The notes under the pieces were generated by a model. That model was not told the DNA's origin and ran no database searches. It saw nothing but the letters and a program-made list of their open reading frames with translations. Made by a program: the position numbers and the translations under genes. A DNA stretch of 64,000 nucleotides from Rebecca billardiae RCC1528 (Eukaryota; Protista; Haptophyta), in the NCBI GenBank assembly GCA_965240325.2, contig OZ251229.1:1860001-1924000 (forward strand), given 5' to 3'. This document shows positions 34,201-45,434 of this stretch, piece by piece; positions within the stretch are counted from its first letter, which is position 1; the number at the start of each line of letters is the position of its first letter.

Positions 34201-37200
34201 TTGATGTACACCTCGCCGAGGTAGGCGCCAGACGGCACCGAGCCGGCGTACTTGTCCTTGTCCGCAAAGGTGGAGAACATGCCGGTAGGTGTCCCCGCAG
34301 GCACGAAGGGCTGGGCTCGGTCTCGGGCGAGGCGACGTTCGCGAGCAAGCTGAGCGCGGGTGTGACACTTCGACTGCAGCTCGAGCAGCATCTTCGAGAT
34401 GGTGTTCGGCCGTACGCCCGCAAAGCTGAGCAGCGGCCTCATGATGTCCACGACGAGCAGGTCGACGCCGCCGCGGTGCGTGAGGAAGGCAGGGAACGTC
34501 TCGCCGAAGCCGTGCGGCAGCAAGGGCACGGAGTCCTCGTCGTAGCCCATGAAGGTGTACGCAGTGCGCTCACGGGTGCCGTCGTCAACGGGCTCGTCAA
34601 CGGTCATGCCGCGCGCCTCGGCGGCGCGCTTTGCATCCGTCGCCTCACGCATGCAGTCGTGGCACTTGTACCGCCGGCTGATGATGTAGTAGTCGCGGGT
34701 GAGCCCGGTGATGCGGCGGCCGAAGTGGTTCGTGCGCCAGCCGTGCGCGCCCACACACTTCGAAGAGCGATGCCGTGGGCAAGGTGGCATGCCAAGGTGC
34801 TCACCAAACTGGATGTCGGGGAGCCAAACCTTCACGTCGCAGTAGTACTCGACCTCGTCGCAGGGCAGGCCAAGCTTCTTGCACAACGCAGGCGCGCTCC
34901 TCGCGCGCAGCCAGAAAGCCTCCGACTCCGGGATAGGCTCCGCGCTGAGCAGCCGAATCAACCACCGGTCGACGACGGGGCCGTGCGTGCTGGACTCGAT
35001 CTGGAGCCGGTTGGAGATCGCCTTGAGGTAGGGCTCCATGACACCGCCGGCGGAAGCGACAGGCTCCTCCAAGCCCTCGTCTGTCTCCTCGGGCTCCGTG
35101 GTGACATCAGGTGGCTGGAACGTGGGGCGTGCGCCCGTCGTCGGTGCGGCTCTCGCCGCGCCCGCCGCGTCCACGCCCGCCACCGCCGCTGCTCTGATCG
35201 GGCTCGCCGCCTCCTCCGCCGCCGCCGCCGCCGCCAATCCGCGCGCACCGCCCGCACCGCGAGCCGCCGCCGCTGCCGCCGCTGGTGACACCGCGCCCGC
35301 CGCGCCGCCGCCCGGGGCTGCTGCGGATCTCGCCGCGTCAGTCGCGCCATCGCTCGCCGACGGCGCGGCTCTCGCCGCGCCCGTCGCGTCCCGCGCCACC
35401 GCCGCTGCTGCTCTGATCGAGCTCGCCGCCTCCTCCGCCGCCGCCGCCGCCGCCGCCAATCCGCGCGCACCGCCCGCACCGCGAGCCGCCGCCGCTGCCG
35501 CCGCTGGTGACACCGCGCCCGCCGCGCCGCCGCCCGGGGCTGCTGCGGATCTCGCCGCGTCAGTCGCGCCATCGCTCGCCGACGGCGCGGCTCTCGCCGC
35601 GCCCGTCGCGTCCCGCGCCACCGCCGCTGCTGCTCTGATCGAGCTCGCCGCCTCCTCCGCCGCCGCCGCCGCCGCCGCCAATCCGCGCGCACCGCCCGCA
35701 CCGCGAGCCGCCGCCGCTGCCGCCGCTGGTGACACCGCGCCCGCCGCGCCGCCGCCCGGGGCTGCTGCGGATCTCGCCGCGTCAGTCGCGCCATCGCTCG
35801 CCGACGGCGCGGCTCTCGCCGCGCCCGTCGCGTCCCGCGCCACCGCCGCTGCTGCTCTGATCGAGCTCGCCGCCTCCTCCGCCGCCGCCGCCGCCGCCGC
35901 CAATCCGCGCGCACCGTCCGCGCCGCGAGCCGCAGCTGCCGCCGCTCGTGACACCGCGCCCGCCGCGCCGTCGCCTGCGGCTGCTGCGGATCTCGCCGCG
36001 TCAGTCGCGCCATCGCTCGCCGACGGCGCGGCTCTCGCCGCGCCCGTCGCGTCCCGCGCCACCGCCGCTGCTGCTCTGATCGAGCTCGCCGCCTCCTCCG
36101 CCGCCGCCGCCGCCGCCGCCAATCCGCGCGCACCGCCCGCACCGCGAGCCGCCGCCGCTGCCGCCGCTGGTGACACCGCGCCCGCCGCGCCGCCGCCCGG
36201 GGCTGCTGCGGATCTCGCCGCGTCAGTCGCGCCATCGCTCGCCGACGGCGCGGCTCTCGCCGCGCCCGTCGCGTCCCGCGCCACCGCCGCTGCTGCTCTG
36301 ATCGAGCTCGCCGCCTCCTCCGCCGCCGCCGCCGCCGCCGCCAATCCGCGCGCACCGTCCGCGCCGCGAGCCGCAGCTGCCGCCGCTCGTGACACCGCGC
36401 CCGCCGCGCCGTCGCCTGCGGCTGCTGCGGATCTCGCCGCGTCAGTCGCGCCATCGCTCGCCGACGGCGCGGCTCTCGCCGCGCCCGTCGCGTCCCGCGC
36501 CACCGCCGCTGCTGCTCTGATCGAGCTCGCCGCCTCCTCCGCCGCCGCCGCCGCCGCCGCCAATCCGCGCGCACCGTCCGCGCCGCGAGCCGCAGCTGCC
36601 GCCGCTCGTGACACCGCGCCCGCCGCGCCGTCGCCTGCGGCTGCTGCGGATCTCGCCGCGTCAGTCGCGCCATCGCTCGCCGACGGCGCGGCTCTCGCCG
36701 CGCCCGTCGCGTCCCGCGCCACCGCCGCTGCTGCTCTGATCGAGCTCGCCGCCTCCTCCGCCGCCGCCGCCGCCGCCGCCAATCCGCGCGCACCGTCCGC
36801 GCCGCGAGCCGCAGCTGCCGCCGCTCGTGACACCGCGCCCGCCGCGCCGTCGCCTGCGGCTGCTGCGGATCTCGCCGCGTCAGTCGCGCCATCGCTCGCC
36901 GACGGCGCGGCTCTCGCCGCGCCCGTCGCGTCCCGCGCCACCGCCGCTGCTGCTCTGATCGAGCTCGCCGCCTCCTCCGCCGCCGCCGCCGCCGCCGCCA
37001 ATCCGCGCGCACCGTCCGCGCCGCGAGCCGCAGCTGCCGCCGCTCGTGACACCGCGCCCGCCGCGCCGTCGCCTGCGGCTGCTGCGGATCTCGCCGCGTC
37101 AGTCGCGCCATCGCTCGCCGACGGCGCGGCTCTCGCCGCGCCCGTCGCGTCCCGCGCCACCGCCGCTGCTGCTCTGATCGAGCTCGCCGCCTCCTCCGCC

Positions 37201-37961
37201 GCCGCCGCCGCCGCCGCCAATCCGCGCGCACCGTCCGCGCCGCGAGCCGCAGCTGCCGCCGCTCGTGACACCGCGCCCGCCGCGCCGTCGCCTGCGGCTG
37301 CTGCGGATCTCGCCGCACCCGCCGCGCCATCGCTCGCCGACGGCGCGGCTCTCGCCGCGCCCGTCGCGTCCCGCGCCACCGCCGCTGCTGCTCTGATCGA
37401 GCTCGCCGCCTCCTCCGCCGCCGCCGCCGCCGCCGCCAATCCGCGCGCACCGTCCGCGCCGCGAGCCGCAGCTGCCGCCGCTCGTGACACCGCGCCCGCC
37501 GCGCCGTCGCCTGCGGCTGCTGCGGATCTCGCCGCACCCGCCGCGCCATCGCCCGCAGCTGTTGCTCTGGCCGTGGCGTTGAAGCTGGAGGCATCCAGCT
37601 CCGCCTGCGGCCCATCGGCGGTGCGAGCGCCGCCTCTGCCACTGCGCTCCACATCTCTGCAGGCGCCGCTGCCAGCAGATGTGAGATCAGCTGCCCCCGT
37701 GTTAGCGGCAGCGCCGGAAGGTCTGCTGCCGTCAGAAGCGGCATGAATGGGCCGTGACGTTGGCTGGGTGCTCCCCGCGCCCCCAGCAGTCACCCTCGGC
37801 TGGAAAAAGGTATCTCGCGCCACCTTCCTCCTCGTCTCCGCCTCTGCAGCCTTGTTGGCGACCATCTCGTCCTTCTTGGTGGCTCGCGCGGCCACTGTAT
37901 CGGCATCTAGATTGCTGCGTTTCCGCTGCGTCTTGTCCTTTGCGCCTTTTGTGCGTCCCAT
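30876..37961 (-). CDS. 2361-aa transposase-exonuclease protein (copy 2)
   Basis: Translation appears identical to 22327-29412. Confidence 0.85.
35129..37559. repeat. Coding minisatellite, 11 units of 219/222 bp (copy 2)
   Basis: Same array as copy 1, shifted by 8549. Confidence 0.95.
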
Positions 37962-38437
37962 TTTGCCGCGGAGAGGTGCTCAATTGGGCCGGTTCTGCAC
38001 GCGACGGGCATGGCCACGGGCATGGCGCAGAGGGCGAAAGCAGATGAGCCTACTGAAGCGCAAGCTCTGCTGGGCACGCAACGCGAGCTGTGGAGGTTGC
38101 GGCACACTTACACCCGCAACATACCGCGTGGGGATGAGCGGCTAAGGTCTCAGAACGGCCGGGCGATGGGTCGATGGAGCCGGGGCATGAAATGATGCGG
38201 CCTTGCTGCTTTGCAACCGAGGCGGCCCGTTAGTCGCCTGATCTCGGCCCTCGCGAGATCACCTCACTTGTCATCTCATTGGCTGAGCCAAAAGATAGCA
38301 GTCTGAAGTCCTATGTGAGCCAAAAGATAGCCCAATAAGTAAAAGTCCTGCCCAAGCCCTTCCGGACAGCCAAAAGAGTCCACCAGCATGCCCTAGTAGC
38401 CGCTCACCGGTGGCGGGTGGCTGTGTCTCGCCGCAGC

Positions 38438-39292
38438 ATGGCGTCCAGCAAAATAGAGGGCGGTGACGATGATGATGCTCATGTCTCGGAGTGGGTCGGG
38501 AGAGTGATAACAACGATCACCCCCGAGTGGCGCATCGTGACCAAACGCTTTGTCGGCCACGAGCACGCGGAAATGCATCACTGGCTGCTGCTGAGCTTCG
38601 CTGACGGGGCGCTCGTCGACATCTACGCTGAAGCGGACGAGGAGCTCGACGGTCCCCTCTCGCTGGAAATGTGGAGCACAGCCGTCAAGTCGGCTTCGCT
38701 CGGGTCGGACGCGGAGCCAGAGCTGCACGCCCCCGTCGTCGCAGACACGCAGACCCGACTGGACGTGCGTGTGATGCACGCGCGCGTCGTCAATGTCGCG
38801 CACACGAGCACCCCGCCGGCCTTTTCTGGCGGCGCCGGTGTCGAAACACCCAATCGCGGGAGCATCCGCCAGCGCATCGTTCTATTGGACGTCGTCCGCT
38901 CCCAGGACACGCTTCTCCTAGGCTGGGTGCTCCGCCATCGTTGCCCCGAACTCCCCCACACGCTCGCGGCGCTCATCACCAACCACATGGAAGACACTGT
39001 CGCCATCACTGCACGCATCAGGCGGTACGCCCGCCATCCCGGCTTCTACAAGGCTTTCAACAGTCGATGGCACCAGTGCCGGGTACGCAGCACCGTTCGC
39101 GTCGGCGCGGCAGCCGCCAGCATGGCAGCCCACCCCGTGCACCACCCAGCGACGCGTCTCAACGACTGCCGGCCGGCAGACGGCGTGGATTCACTCTCCG
39201 CCGGGGAAATGGAAGCATTTGCGGGATTTCCGACTCCGTTTGAGTCGTCTTGGCCGCGCGTCTTTCTGCACCTGGCCACGCGACTGGTCTGA
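38438..39292 (+). CDS. Hypothetical protein
   Basis: ATG ORF of ~284 aa with globular-looking composition, followed by an AT-rich 3' region (39340-39520). No recognised family. Confidence 0.55.
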   Translation: MASSKIEGGDDDDAHVSEWVGRVITTITPEWRIVTKRFVGHEHAEMHHWLLLSFADGALVDIYAEADEELDGPLSLEMWSTAVKSASLGSDAEPELHAPVVADTQTRLDVRVMHARVVNVAHTSTPPAFSGGAGVETPNRGSIRQRIVLLDVVRSQDTLLLGWVLRHRCPELPHTLAALITNHMEDTVAITARIRRYARHPGFYKAFNSRWHQCRVRSTVRVGAAAASMAAHPVHHPATRLNDCRPADGVDSLSAGEMEAFAGFPTPFESSWPRVFLHLATRLV

Positions 39293-39786
39293 CCATCACG
39301 GCGGTCCCCACCTGCGGAATGGGACGGCCGAGACTACATTAGTTGAAGCTAATGATAATTTAATATTTAATTATAATATTATATATATGTGTGTTATATG
39401 TTATTATTTAATATATTATTGAATGGTAGTAACTAGTTCTACTGACTACTGCGCCGTAAGCTGTATTGTAATTGGCGTACAGTATTCAAGTAATTAAGTT
39501 AAGAAGTTAATAATTTTAAACTATACCGTATACGTGACCGCTCGTCGTCCTGAGCGCATAGGCCTGAGCGACACGACACAGTGCGAGTGGCGCGCCTGGT
39601 CGTGCTGGTCTGAAGGACCGTCGCTAAGACGATTCATTCCCGCTGTGACAGCGGAGTCGCCGGCCGGGACCGCCCGCGGGACCGCCGCGGCTGACGGTTA
39701 GCAGCGCCGCTCCGGGCCGCAGTCTGCCGCATCAGACTGCTGAGTGCTGCCCACGATCTGGACTGGCGCCGTTGCTGCGCGATCTC

Positions 39787-40419
39787 CTACTTGTCGGGGC
39801 GCGCGGAACGCGCCATGTCATCACGCCCGCCCTCGCCAGTCGGCCCGAAGGGGTACACCGCCTCTGAGATCTTGCCGTCACGGTCGTGCGCCAGGTGCAA
39901 CCCAAGGGGCGAGCTGAGGAGCGGCTCGACCGACGCAAGGAATGCCTTGAAGGCTGGGCTGCCCTGGTGAGCCGTCATGGCCTGGGTTGAGAAGAAGTGC
40001 TCGAAGACCATGAAGTGCGTCGGGTCCTCGGGGTCCTGCCCGATGGAGATGGAGAGCACCTCCGGCCGTGCGGTTTTGCTCTCGCCCGTCTGCGCCTTGA
40101 GCTTCTCAAGCGCGTCTGCGACAGCGCGCTCTTTGCCCTCGCGCGCGCGCACGTCCATGGAGAGCAGGACGCCGTTGGGCACGGTGCCATCCGCGCGCAT
40201 GTCCAGCGAGGAGATGGGGTCTGACACGACGGACGCACTCTCGGGGTCCTGCTTGCCAAAAGCCATCTCTGCCAGCGAGGCGACGCCCGCGCCAAAGTCA
40301 CCAAAGGGGTTCGACTCCGCCATCATAACGGCTTGAGAGCGCACGGCTGTCACGCCTTGGCGCACATACGAGGGGCGAGTGACCGCGGCGGCGGCGAAGA
40401 GGGCCAAAGCGAGTGCCAT
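39787..40419 (-). CDS. ABM (antibiotic biosynthesis monooxygenase/YgiN-LsrG-like) domain protein, probably plastid-targeted
   Basis: Signal peptide MALALALFAAAAV; QDPEDPTHFMVFEHF...AMTAHQGSPAFKAF motif. Confidence 0.85.
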   Translation of the reverse strand: MALALALFAAAAVTRPSYVRQGVTAVRSQAVMMAESNPFGDFGAGVASLAEMAFGKQDPESASVVSDPISSLDMRADGTVPNGVLLSMDVRAREGKERAVADALEKLKAQTGESKTARPEVLSISIGQDPEDPTHFMVFEHFFSTQAMTAHQGSPAFKAFLASVEPLLSSPLGLHLAHDRDGKISEAVYPFGPTGEGGRDDMARSARPDK

Positions 40420-40671
40420 CGGGCCGGTCAGTGTGCGCAAGCGGGCGGTCGGTCGTCACGGAGGGCCACGCGCGGGGGCCGGCAGCGGAGATTACTCACT
40501 TATCGACCTGCGAATTGAACTGAATAAGCACGGTTTCTCTCTATGACGAAGCTGATTGAGAACTCGAAAAGGCCACGAGACCAAAGAGACGGTCCTGGAT
40601 TGTGAGACAGCTGGGCAACCGGAATAGTTCTGAGCCGGACTGCGGCCGCCGGCGGCAGCTTGCACGGGCTT

Positions 40672-41415
40672 TCATGACGGATGAGCGTCGCGGAAAGTGC
40701 GCGGAGCTCGATCGCGTGCGCGCCAATACCCTCGGCCGTAGTCGAGCACCAGCTGCGTGCCGCGTTCGATGCGCGCGCTGCGCGTGAGGATCGCGAGATG
40801 GTATGCTCCGTCGACGAAGACCGGGAAAAGGGCCACGTTGGCGCCGCCGTCATCTGCATGATTGAGAATACGCATTAGGCCGCCCATGTGCTGTGCAGAG
40901 ACACACAGCCCGTCGGCAGGGTATGCGCAGACGTAGTCGTCGGCGCGCCCGCCGTTGGGCACGCTCCGTTGCTCCTGCAGCAGGCCAACGTACTCGCCAA
41001 GCGGGGTGTGCGGATCGAGCGGTGCTGCGGCGAACAGCCCCAAACCTGCGCCGTCGACCTCGGCGACATAGATGTCGCCGCTGGGCTTCCGGCTGCGGAG
41101 GCGAGTGAGGACAGCGTCACGGTCAGCGCCATCGGGCAGGGCCTCGACAGCGTCTTGTGCAAACTGTCGGAGGGGTAGCTCGCGAAGCAGTGAGGTGGAT
41201 GCTGCAGTCAGTGCGCAGGACAGCTCGAATCCGTGACGCTCGGCAAATGCATCGCCCGGCAGCACGTGGTGACCACGCTCTCCTGGCGCCGCGCCAACGT
41301 GTACATGCGATTGGCCGAGAGAGCCGTCGTCTTCGAGCGCCACGCGTATTCGCCGCCCTAGCGCGTCCCACATCACACCCACGCCCGGCGCATCGAGGGC
41401 GGCGATTGCCGCCAT
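40672..41415 (-). CDS. SET-domain methyltransferase
   Basis: GLGLFA, LGEYVG, RILNHA and LVLDYGRGYW motifs. Confidence 0.88.
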   Translation of the reverse strand: MAAIAALDAPGVGVMWDALGRRIRVALEDDGSLGQSHVHVGAAPGERGHHVLPGDAFAERHGFELSCALTAASTSLLRELPLRQFAQDAVEALPDGADRDAVLTRLRSRKPSGDIYVAEVDGAGLGLFAAAPLDPHTPLGEYVGLLQEQRSVPNGGRADDYVCAYPADGLCVSAQHMGGLMRILNHADDGGANVALFPVFVDGAYHLAILTRSARIERGTQLVLDYGRGYWRARDRAPRTFRDAHPS

Positions 41416-41571
41416 CGGGATGAGCGGGCGGCCGGTCCGGTGGGCAGTCGTCGGTGCAGGCTGCCGAGAGTCTGTGATGTCCGGGCGGGTCGATCTTCCG
41501 GCGTGGCTGCTCGAGTGCTCGGTGCTCACGCCCGCCGCACCACGCCTGCCGTCTGAGCGGGCGTCGAGACG

Positions 41572-42609
41572 ATGGTGGCGGCATCGTCGAGGCACATCAT
41601 CGGCGGTCTCAGCGCCCTCCTCGCTGCGCCCCTGGTAGGCCGGCTCGTGCGGCGTCTCGCGCGCCTGCTCCCGCCTGCGGGCAGCGCTCGCGCGGCCGGG
41701 ACGCTCACTGGGCGCCGGGAGCCGCGCATGGCTCACTGGGTCATCCGATGCTCGGACCTCAAGCCAACTCTCCAGTTCTTCGAGCGCGTGCTTGGGTGCG
41801 TGCCCATTCGGCACGAGGAGAACGCGGAGCCATGCGCGATCACGTGCAACGGCCGGTACAACAACGCGTGGTCCAAGACGATGGTGGGCGTCCCCGCGCA
41901 CTTTGAGGACGAGTGGTACTGCCTCGAGGTGACGTACAACTACGGCGTGCCCTCGTACGCACCCGACACGGCGCTGCAGTACATTGCGGTGGGCGTGGCC
42001 GACCCGGCGGCGGCTGCCAGCGCCGCACGGGCGCTGGGCTTTGCCGTCGACGACCGCTGCGTCGTCACCGGACCGGATGCGTACCGGTACAAGCTGCTGC
42101 CGCTCCGCCGGCCGGAGCCGTTCACGTACGTCAAGATGCGCGTGTGCGACGTGGCCGCGACGCGGGCGTTCTACTGCGACAGGCTGGGCTTCGAGGACCT
42201 GACCGGTCGATTCGCGCTGCCCGACGACTGCGCAGGCGGCGTCATCCTCGGCTTCGGCGACGGCTGGCAGGTCCCGCTGGTCGCGGTCGCGGACGGGCAG
42301 CCGGTGGGTTGGAGCTCGTGGTCCGGCCGGCTGGCGGTCAGCATGCCGGCGGAGCAGATCAAGGCGTGCTACGGCGCCCTCCCGGCCGCGCACGTCGTGC
42401 ACGAGCTGCAGGAGCTGGACGACCAGCTGGGCCCGCTGGTCATCACGATCGTGCGCGACCCAGACGGGTACGAGACATGCCTGGTCTGCTCCGAGCGCTT
42501 CGATCCAGACACGCGCAAGGCGACCACGTGGGCTGGGCCGGACTTTGCCGCGCGGCGCAAGTTCATCGACGAGCGCGTGCCAGAGAGCCAACGTGGCCAC
42601 AGCTCATGA
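41572..42609 (+). CDS. GLOD4: Glyoxalase domain-containing protein 4-like (two VOC domains)
   Basis: RHEE..CAITCNGRYNNAWSKTMVG, LEVTYNYGV and DPDGYETCLV motifs. Confidence 0.88.
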   Translation: MVAASSRHIIGGLSALLAAPLVGRLVRRLARLLPPAGSARAAGTLTGRREPRMAHWVIRCSDLKPTLQFFERVLGCVPIRHEENAEPCAITCNGRYNNAWSKTMVGVPAHFEDEWYCLEVTYNYGVPSYAPDTALQYIAVGVADPAAAASAARALGFAVDDRCVVTGPDAYRYKLLPLRRPEPFTYVKMRVCDVAATRAFYCDRLGFEDLTGRFALPDDCAGGVILGFGDGWQVPLVAVADGQPVGWSSWSGRLAVSMPAEQIKACYGALPAAHVVHELQELDDQLGPLVITIVRDPDGYETCLVCSERFDPDTRKATTWAGPDFAARRKFIDERVPESQRGHSS

Positions 42610-42851
42610 TCATGATATGCCTTACAAGTGACCGAGACAAGAATCGCGTACGACGTGACGCGGACCGCCTGATGGCCCTGGCCGTGGCCGTGCTAATGCT
42701 TCGCGGAGTAGTCTGACTGTCTGTAGTTGACGTTGTCAGTTGAACTGCATTGTCTGTTGCCAACTCACCCCGTCGCCCGCGGGGCTCGGACACACCCCGC
42801 AGCCGAGGCTATCAATGAGACTCTGCTATAATAAGCATCTATGCTAGATAT

Positions 42852-43895
42852 TCAGATCGTAGTGGTCGAGTCGCACTGCGTCTGCGCCGCCTGGCGATGA
42901 GGATCAAAGGAGTCCCTCGGCTCAAACAGGAACGGCTCAGGGACAAACGGAGGGCAGAGTAGAGAGACGAAGGCGTCCAGGCTCGCGAGCTCGTCGCTCA
43001 AAACATACTCGTAGAAGTTGCCGCTGTTCCAGATCATCCGCACATGCTTGAAGTGCAGCTTCGCGGAGGCGACAAACTCGTCCAAGGTGACCATGCCCGT
43101 CATCATCTCCCCAAGGATCTGCGCCCGCTTCTCGCCGATCGCCTGCTCGCTCAGGAACCTCCGCTTGAAGCCCTCGTCCTTGATCCGCTCGCGTCTCGCA
43201 AACTCGTCGGGGTCGGCGTGCCTGAGCTTCTCCGTGACGACGAGGAGCCCGTCCGACTTGAGCACGCGCTTGATGTAGGCGAGTTGCCCGGCGCGGTTGG
43301 GGCCATGGAGCTGGAAGGTGCACTGCGCGTGGATCACGTCGAAGCCAGACGATGCCCAGGACGGTGCTCGCTGTGAACTCAGGAACAGCGGCGTGACGTC
43401 GGACCACGGCCCCTCGTGTATCGTCGAGTATGCGCTCTGGCACAGTTGGCGGAACGTCTCGATGCCAGCGACCGTCACCGTATCAGCGAGAGTGCGGATC
43501 ACCCCGTTTGAGCTCTCCGCAAGGGCACGGCCAGTCGTGCCTTCCCCTGCGTTCGGCTCCCAGTATGCGAGTGGCGCGTCGACACTTCGCGATCGCAAAG
43601 CAGCAAGCCTGATGATTGCGACGTCTAGCCGGACGAGTTGCTCGAGCATGAACGGAATGCTGGCGCAGTAGTGCTTATAGAAGGGGCCGGCGTTCCGCTG
43701 CCACACGCGGTGAAACGCCTCGTACTCGGAGTCGAGTGCCAGAAACTCGCGCTGCGCGAGCACTGGCTCATGTGGAGCCTGCGTGCGCCCGGAGGCAAGG
43801 CCCTCGAAATAAGCAGCGAGCGAGGTCACTCGGGGCCCGGCGGCGATCTCAGCCTGCAAGGCATCGTAATCGTAGACATCGCCATTCGAGGCCAT
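42852..43895 (-). CDS. Class I SAM-dependent methyltransferase-like protein
   Basis: Motif I-like WEPNAGEGTTGRAL, GFDVIH and IKRVLKSDGLLVVTEK; intronless 347-aa ORF. Confidence 0.75.
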   Translation of the reverse strand: MASNGDVYDYDALQAEIAAGPRVTSLAAYFEGLASGRTQAPHEPVLAQREFLALDSEYEAFHRVWQRNAGPFYKHYCASIPFMLEQLVRLDVAIIRLAALRSRSVDAPLAYWEPNAGEGTTGRALAESSNGVIRTLADTVTVAGIETFRQLCQSAYSTIHEGPWSDVTPLFLSSQRAPSWASSGFDVIHAQCTFQLHGPNRAGQLAYIKRVLKSDGLLVVTEKLRHADPDEFARRERIKDEGFKRRFLSEQAIGEKRAQILGEMMTGMVTLDEFVASAKLHFKHVRMIWNSGNFYEYVLSDELASLDAFVSLLCPPFVPEPFLFEPRDSFDPHRQAAQTQCDSTTTI

Positions 43896-44205
43896 GCCGC
43901 GGCCCGAGGCCGCCGACTACTTCATGAGCTGTGTGCGTCTCTTATTCTTAGTGTAAACTGTACCCCGGTTGTGACTACCGAACCCTCCAACCCTCGGTTG
44001 GCCGTGCGCCCGTGCACTCCACCGAAATTGAAAATATCGAGCCCGTCCTGGGCTTCGGCCGCCCACTCCGACTGGCGTGTGGCGCGACCGGCCCGGCCAC
44101 GCCGCCACGGTTTGGAGGTTTATTTCGATCATCCTGATGGCGACGCTGCGTCGCCCGACGCTCGAGTCCACAGCATCACGGCGACGCTGAGTCGTTGTTG
44201 TGCAG

Positions 44206-45263
44206 GGGACCGCCCTCGGTCGGTCCTGCTGCTCGTCCCGCTCCTGAGCGTCGCTGCTTCGGGGGTGCTCTTCTCTGTGCAAGTGCTCGCCGTGAAGCTG
44301 CTCACCGCAGACAGCGACGTGAGCATCCTGCAGCTCCTCTTCGCGCGGGGACTCGGCCTCGTGGCGGGCGCCCTGATCGGCCTCCACACGTGCGGCGTGA
44401 GCGGTGCCAAGCTCGGTCGCTCGCACAGGCAGGTGGCCCTGCTGTGCGTGCGAGCGGTTGCTGGCTTCGTGTCCACCTCTCTGGGTTACGTTGGTGCATC
44501 CCTGTTGCCGCTCGGCGAAAGCGTCACGATCGTGCAGACAACTCCGTTGTGGTCTGCTGCATTGGCAGCGGTCGTGCTGTCGGAGCCCTGGCACGCAGCC
44601 GAGGGCGTCGCGGCGTGCATAGCCCTTGCTGGCGTCCTTCTCGTCACGCGGCCACCAGTGCTCTTTGGCGATTCGCCCGACTTCCCTCAGGCCGACGCTT
44701 GGGCGCGGCGCTGTGGTCAGGCCGCCTCCCTTGGCTGCGCGTGGACAAACGCGGTCATCTTCGTGCTCGTGCGCTTCATGGGCAGTGAGCAGGTGCATTT
44801 GCTCACCCTGGTCGCATACCAGGGCGCCGGAACAGCCGCATTGTCGGCAACCGCATCGGCTCTCGGTGCAGGTGGACCATGGTCGCCGCTGACGGCGCAC
44901 CTGCTCTCTGGCATGGTTGCTATCGGCATCCTTGGGTTGGGCGGCCAAATCTGCCTCACGTATGGCCTGCAGAACGAGAAGACAGCTACGGCGGCCATGG
45001 CCCTCTCGATCGATGTCCCTTGTGCTTTCCTCTGGCAAGCCACTGTCGTGCCTGAGAGCAATCAGCACGCAGTGTCTGCGCTCAGCGCTCTTGGCGGTGC
45101 ACTCATCATCCTCTCGATCGTCGCTGTTGGTGTTGACAAGCTCAGCCGTGACGATTCCGATCCTGGGCGTGCCGCCTCGTCGTCACCATCGTCAACGCCC
45201 CCGTACCACAGCGCTCAGTCGCCTACGACTCCTCGCCAACGGACGACGACGGTAATGCACTGA
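44206..45263 (+). CDS. DMT/EamA (SLC35G-like) transporter; start codon unresolved
   Basis: ~10 hydrophobic segments; LPLGESVTIVQTTPLWSAALAAVVLSEPW and LLVTRPPVLFG. No in-frame ATG near the 5' end, so an upstream exon is likely. Confidence 0.8.
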
Positions 45264-45434
45264 CTGATATTCGCTCCGGGATCACAGTGGAGTCGTGCAT
45301 CAGCGCAGCAGAGCCAGCACGGCTGCAGCGGCTGCTGGCGCCGACGACAGTCATCATGATGTACGTTGATGCACATCATTATTTTGCTGACGAACGCGGC
45401 CCCCTCCCAGCTAGCTAGTGATGATGAGTCGTCG

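Larger units (their letters stand above)
29860..38401 (-). mobile_element. 8542-bp transposon, copy 2 (apparently identical, offset 8549)
   Basis: Same termini and ORF set as copy 1; followed by GCTCACCG (38402-38409); junction spacer GCTCACC at 29853-29859. Confidence 0.88.

Noticed and set aside
40672-42600. 642-aa ORF as one gene
   Set aside because: The N-terminal ~395 aa is the antisense of the GLOD4-like gene; only the SET part from 41415 is credible.
43638-44205. N-terminal extension of the EamA ORF
   Set aside because: Starts at a non-ATG codon and overlaps the methyltransferase in antisense.
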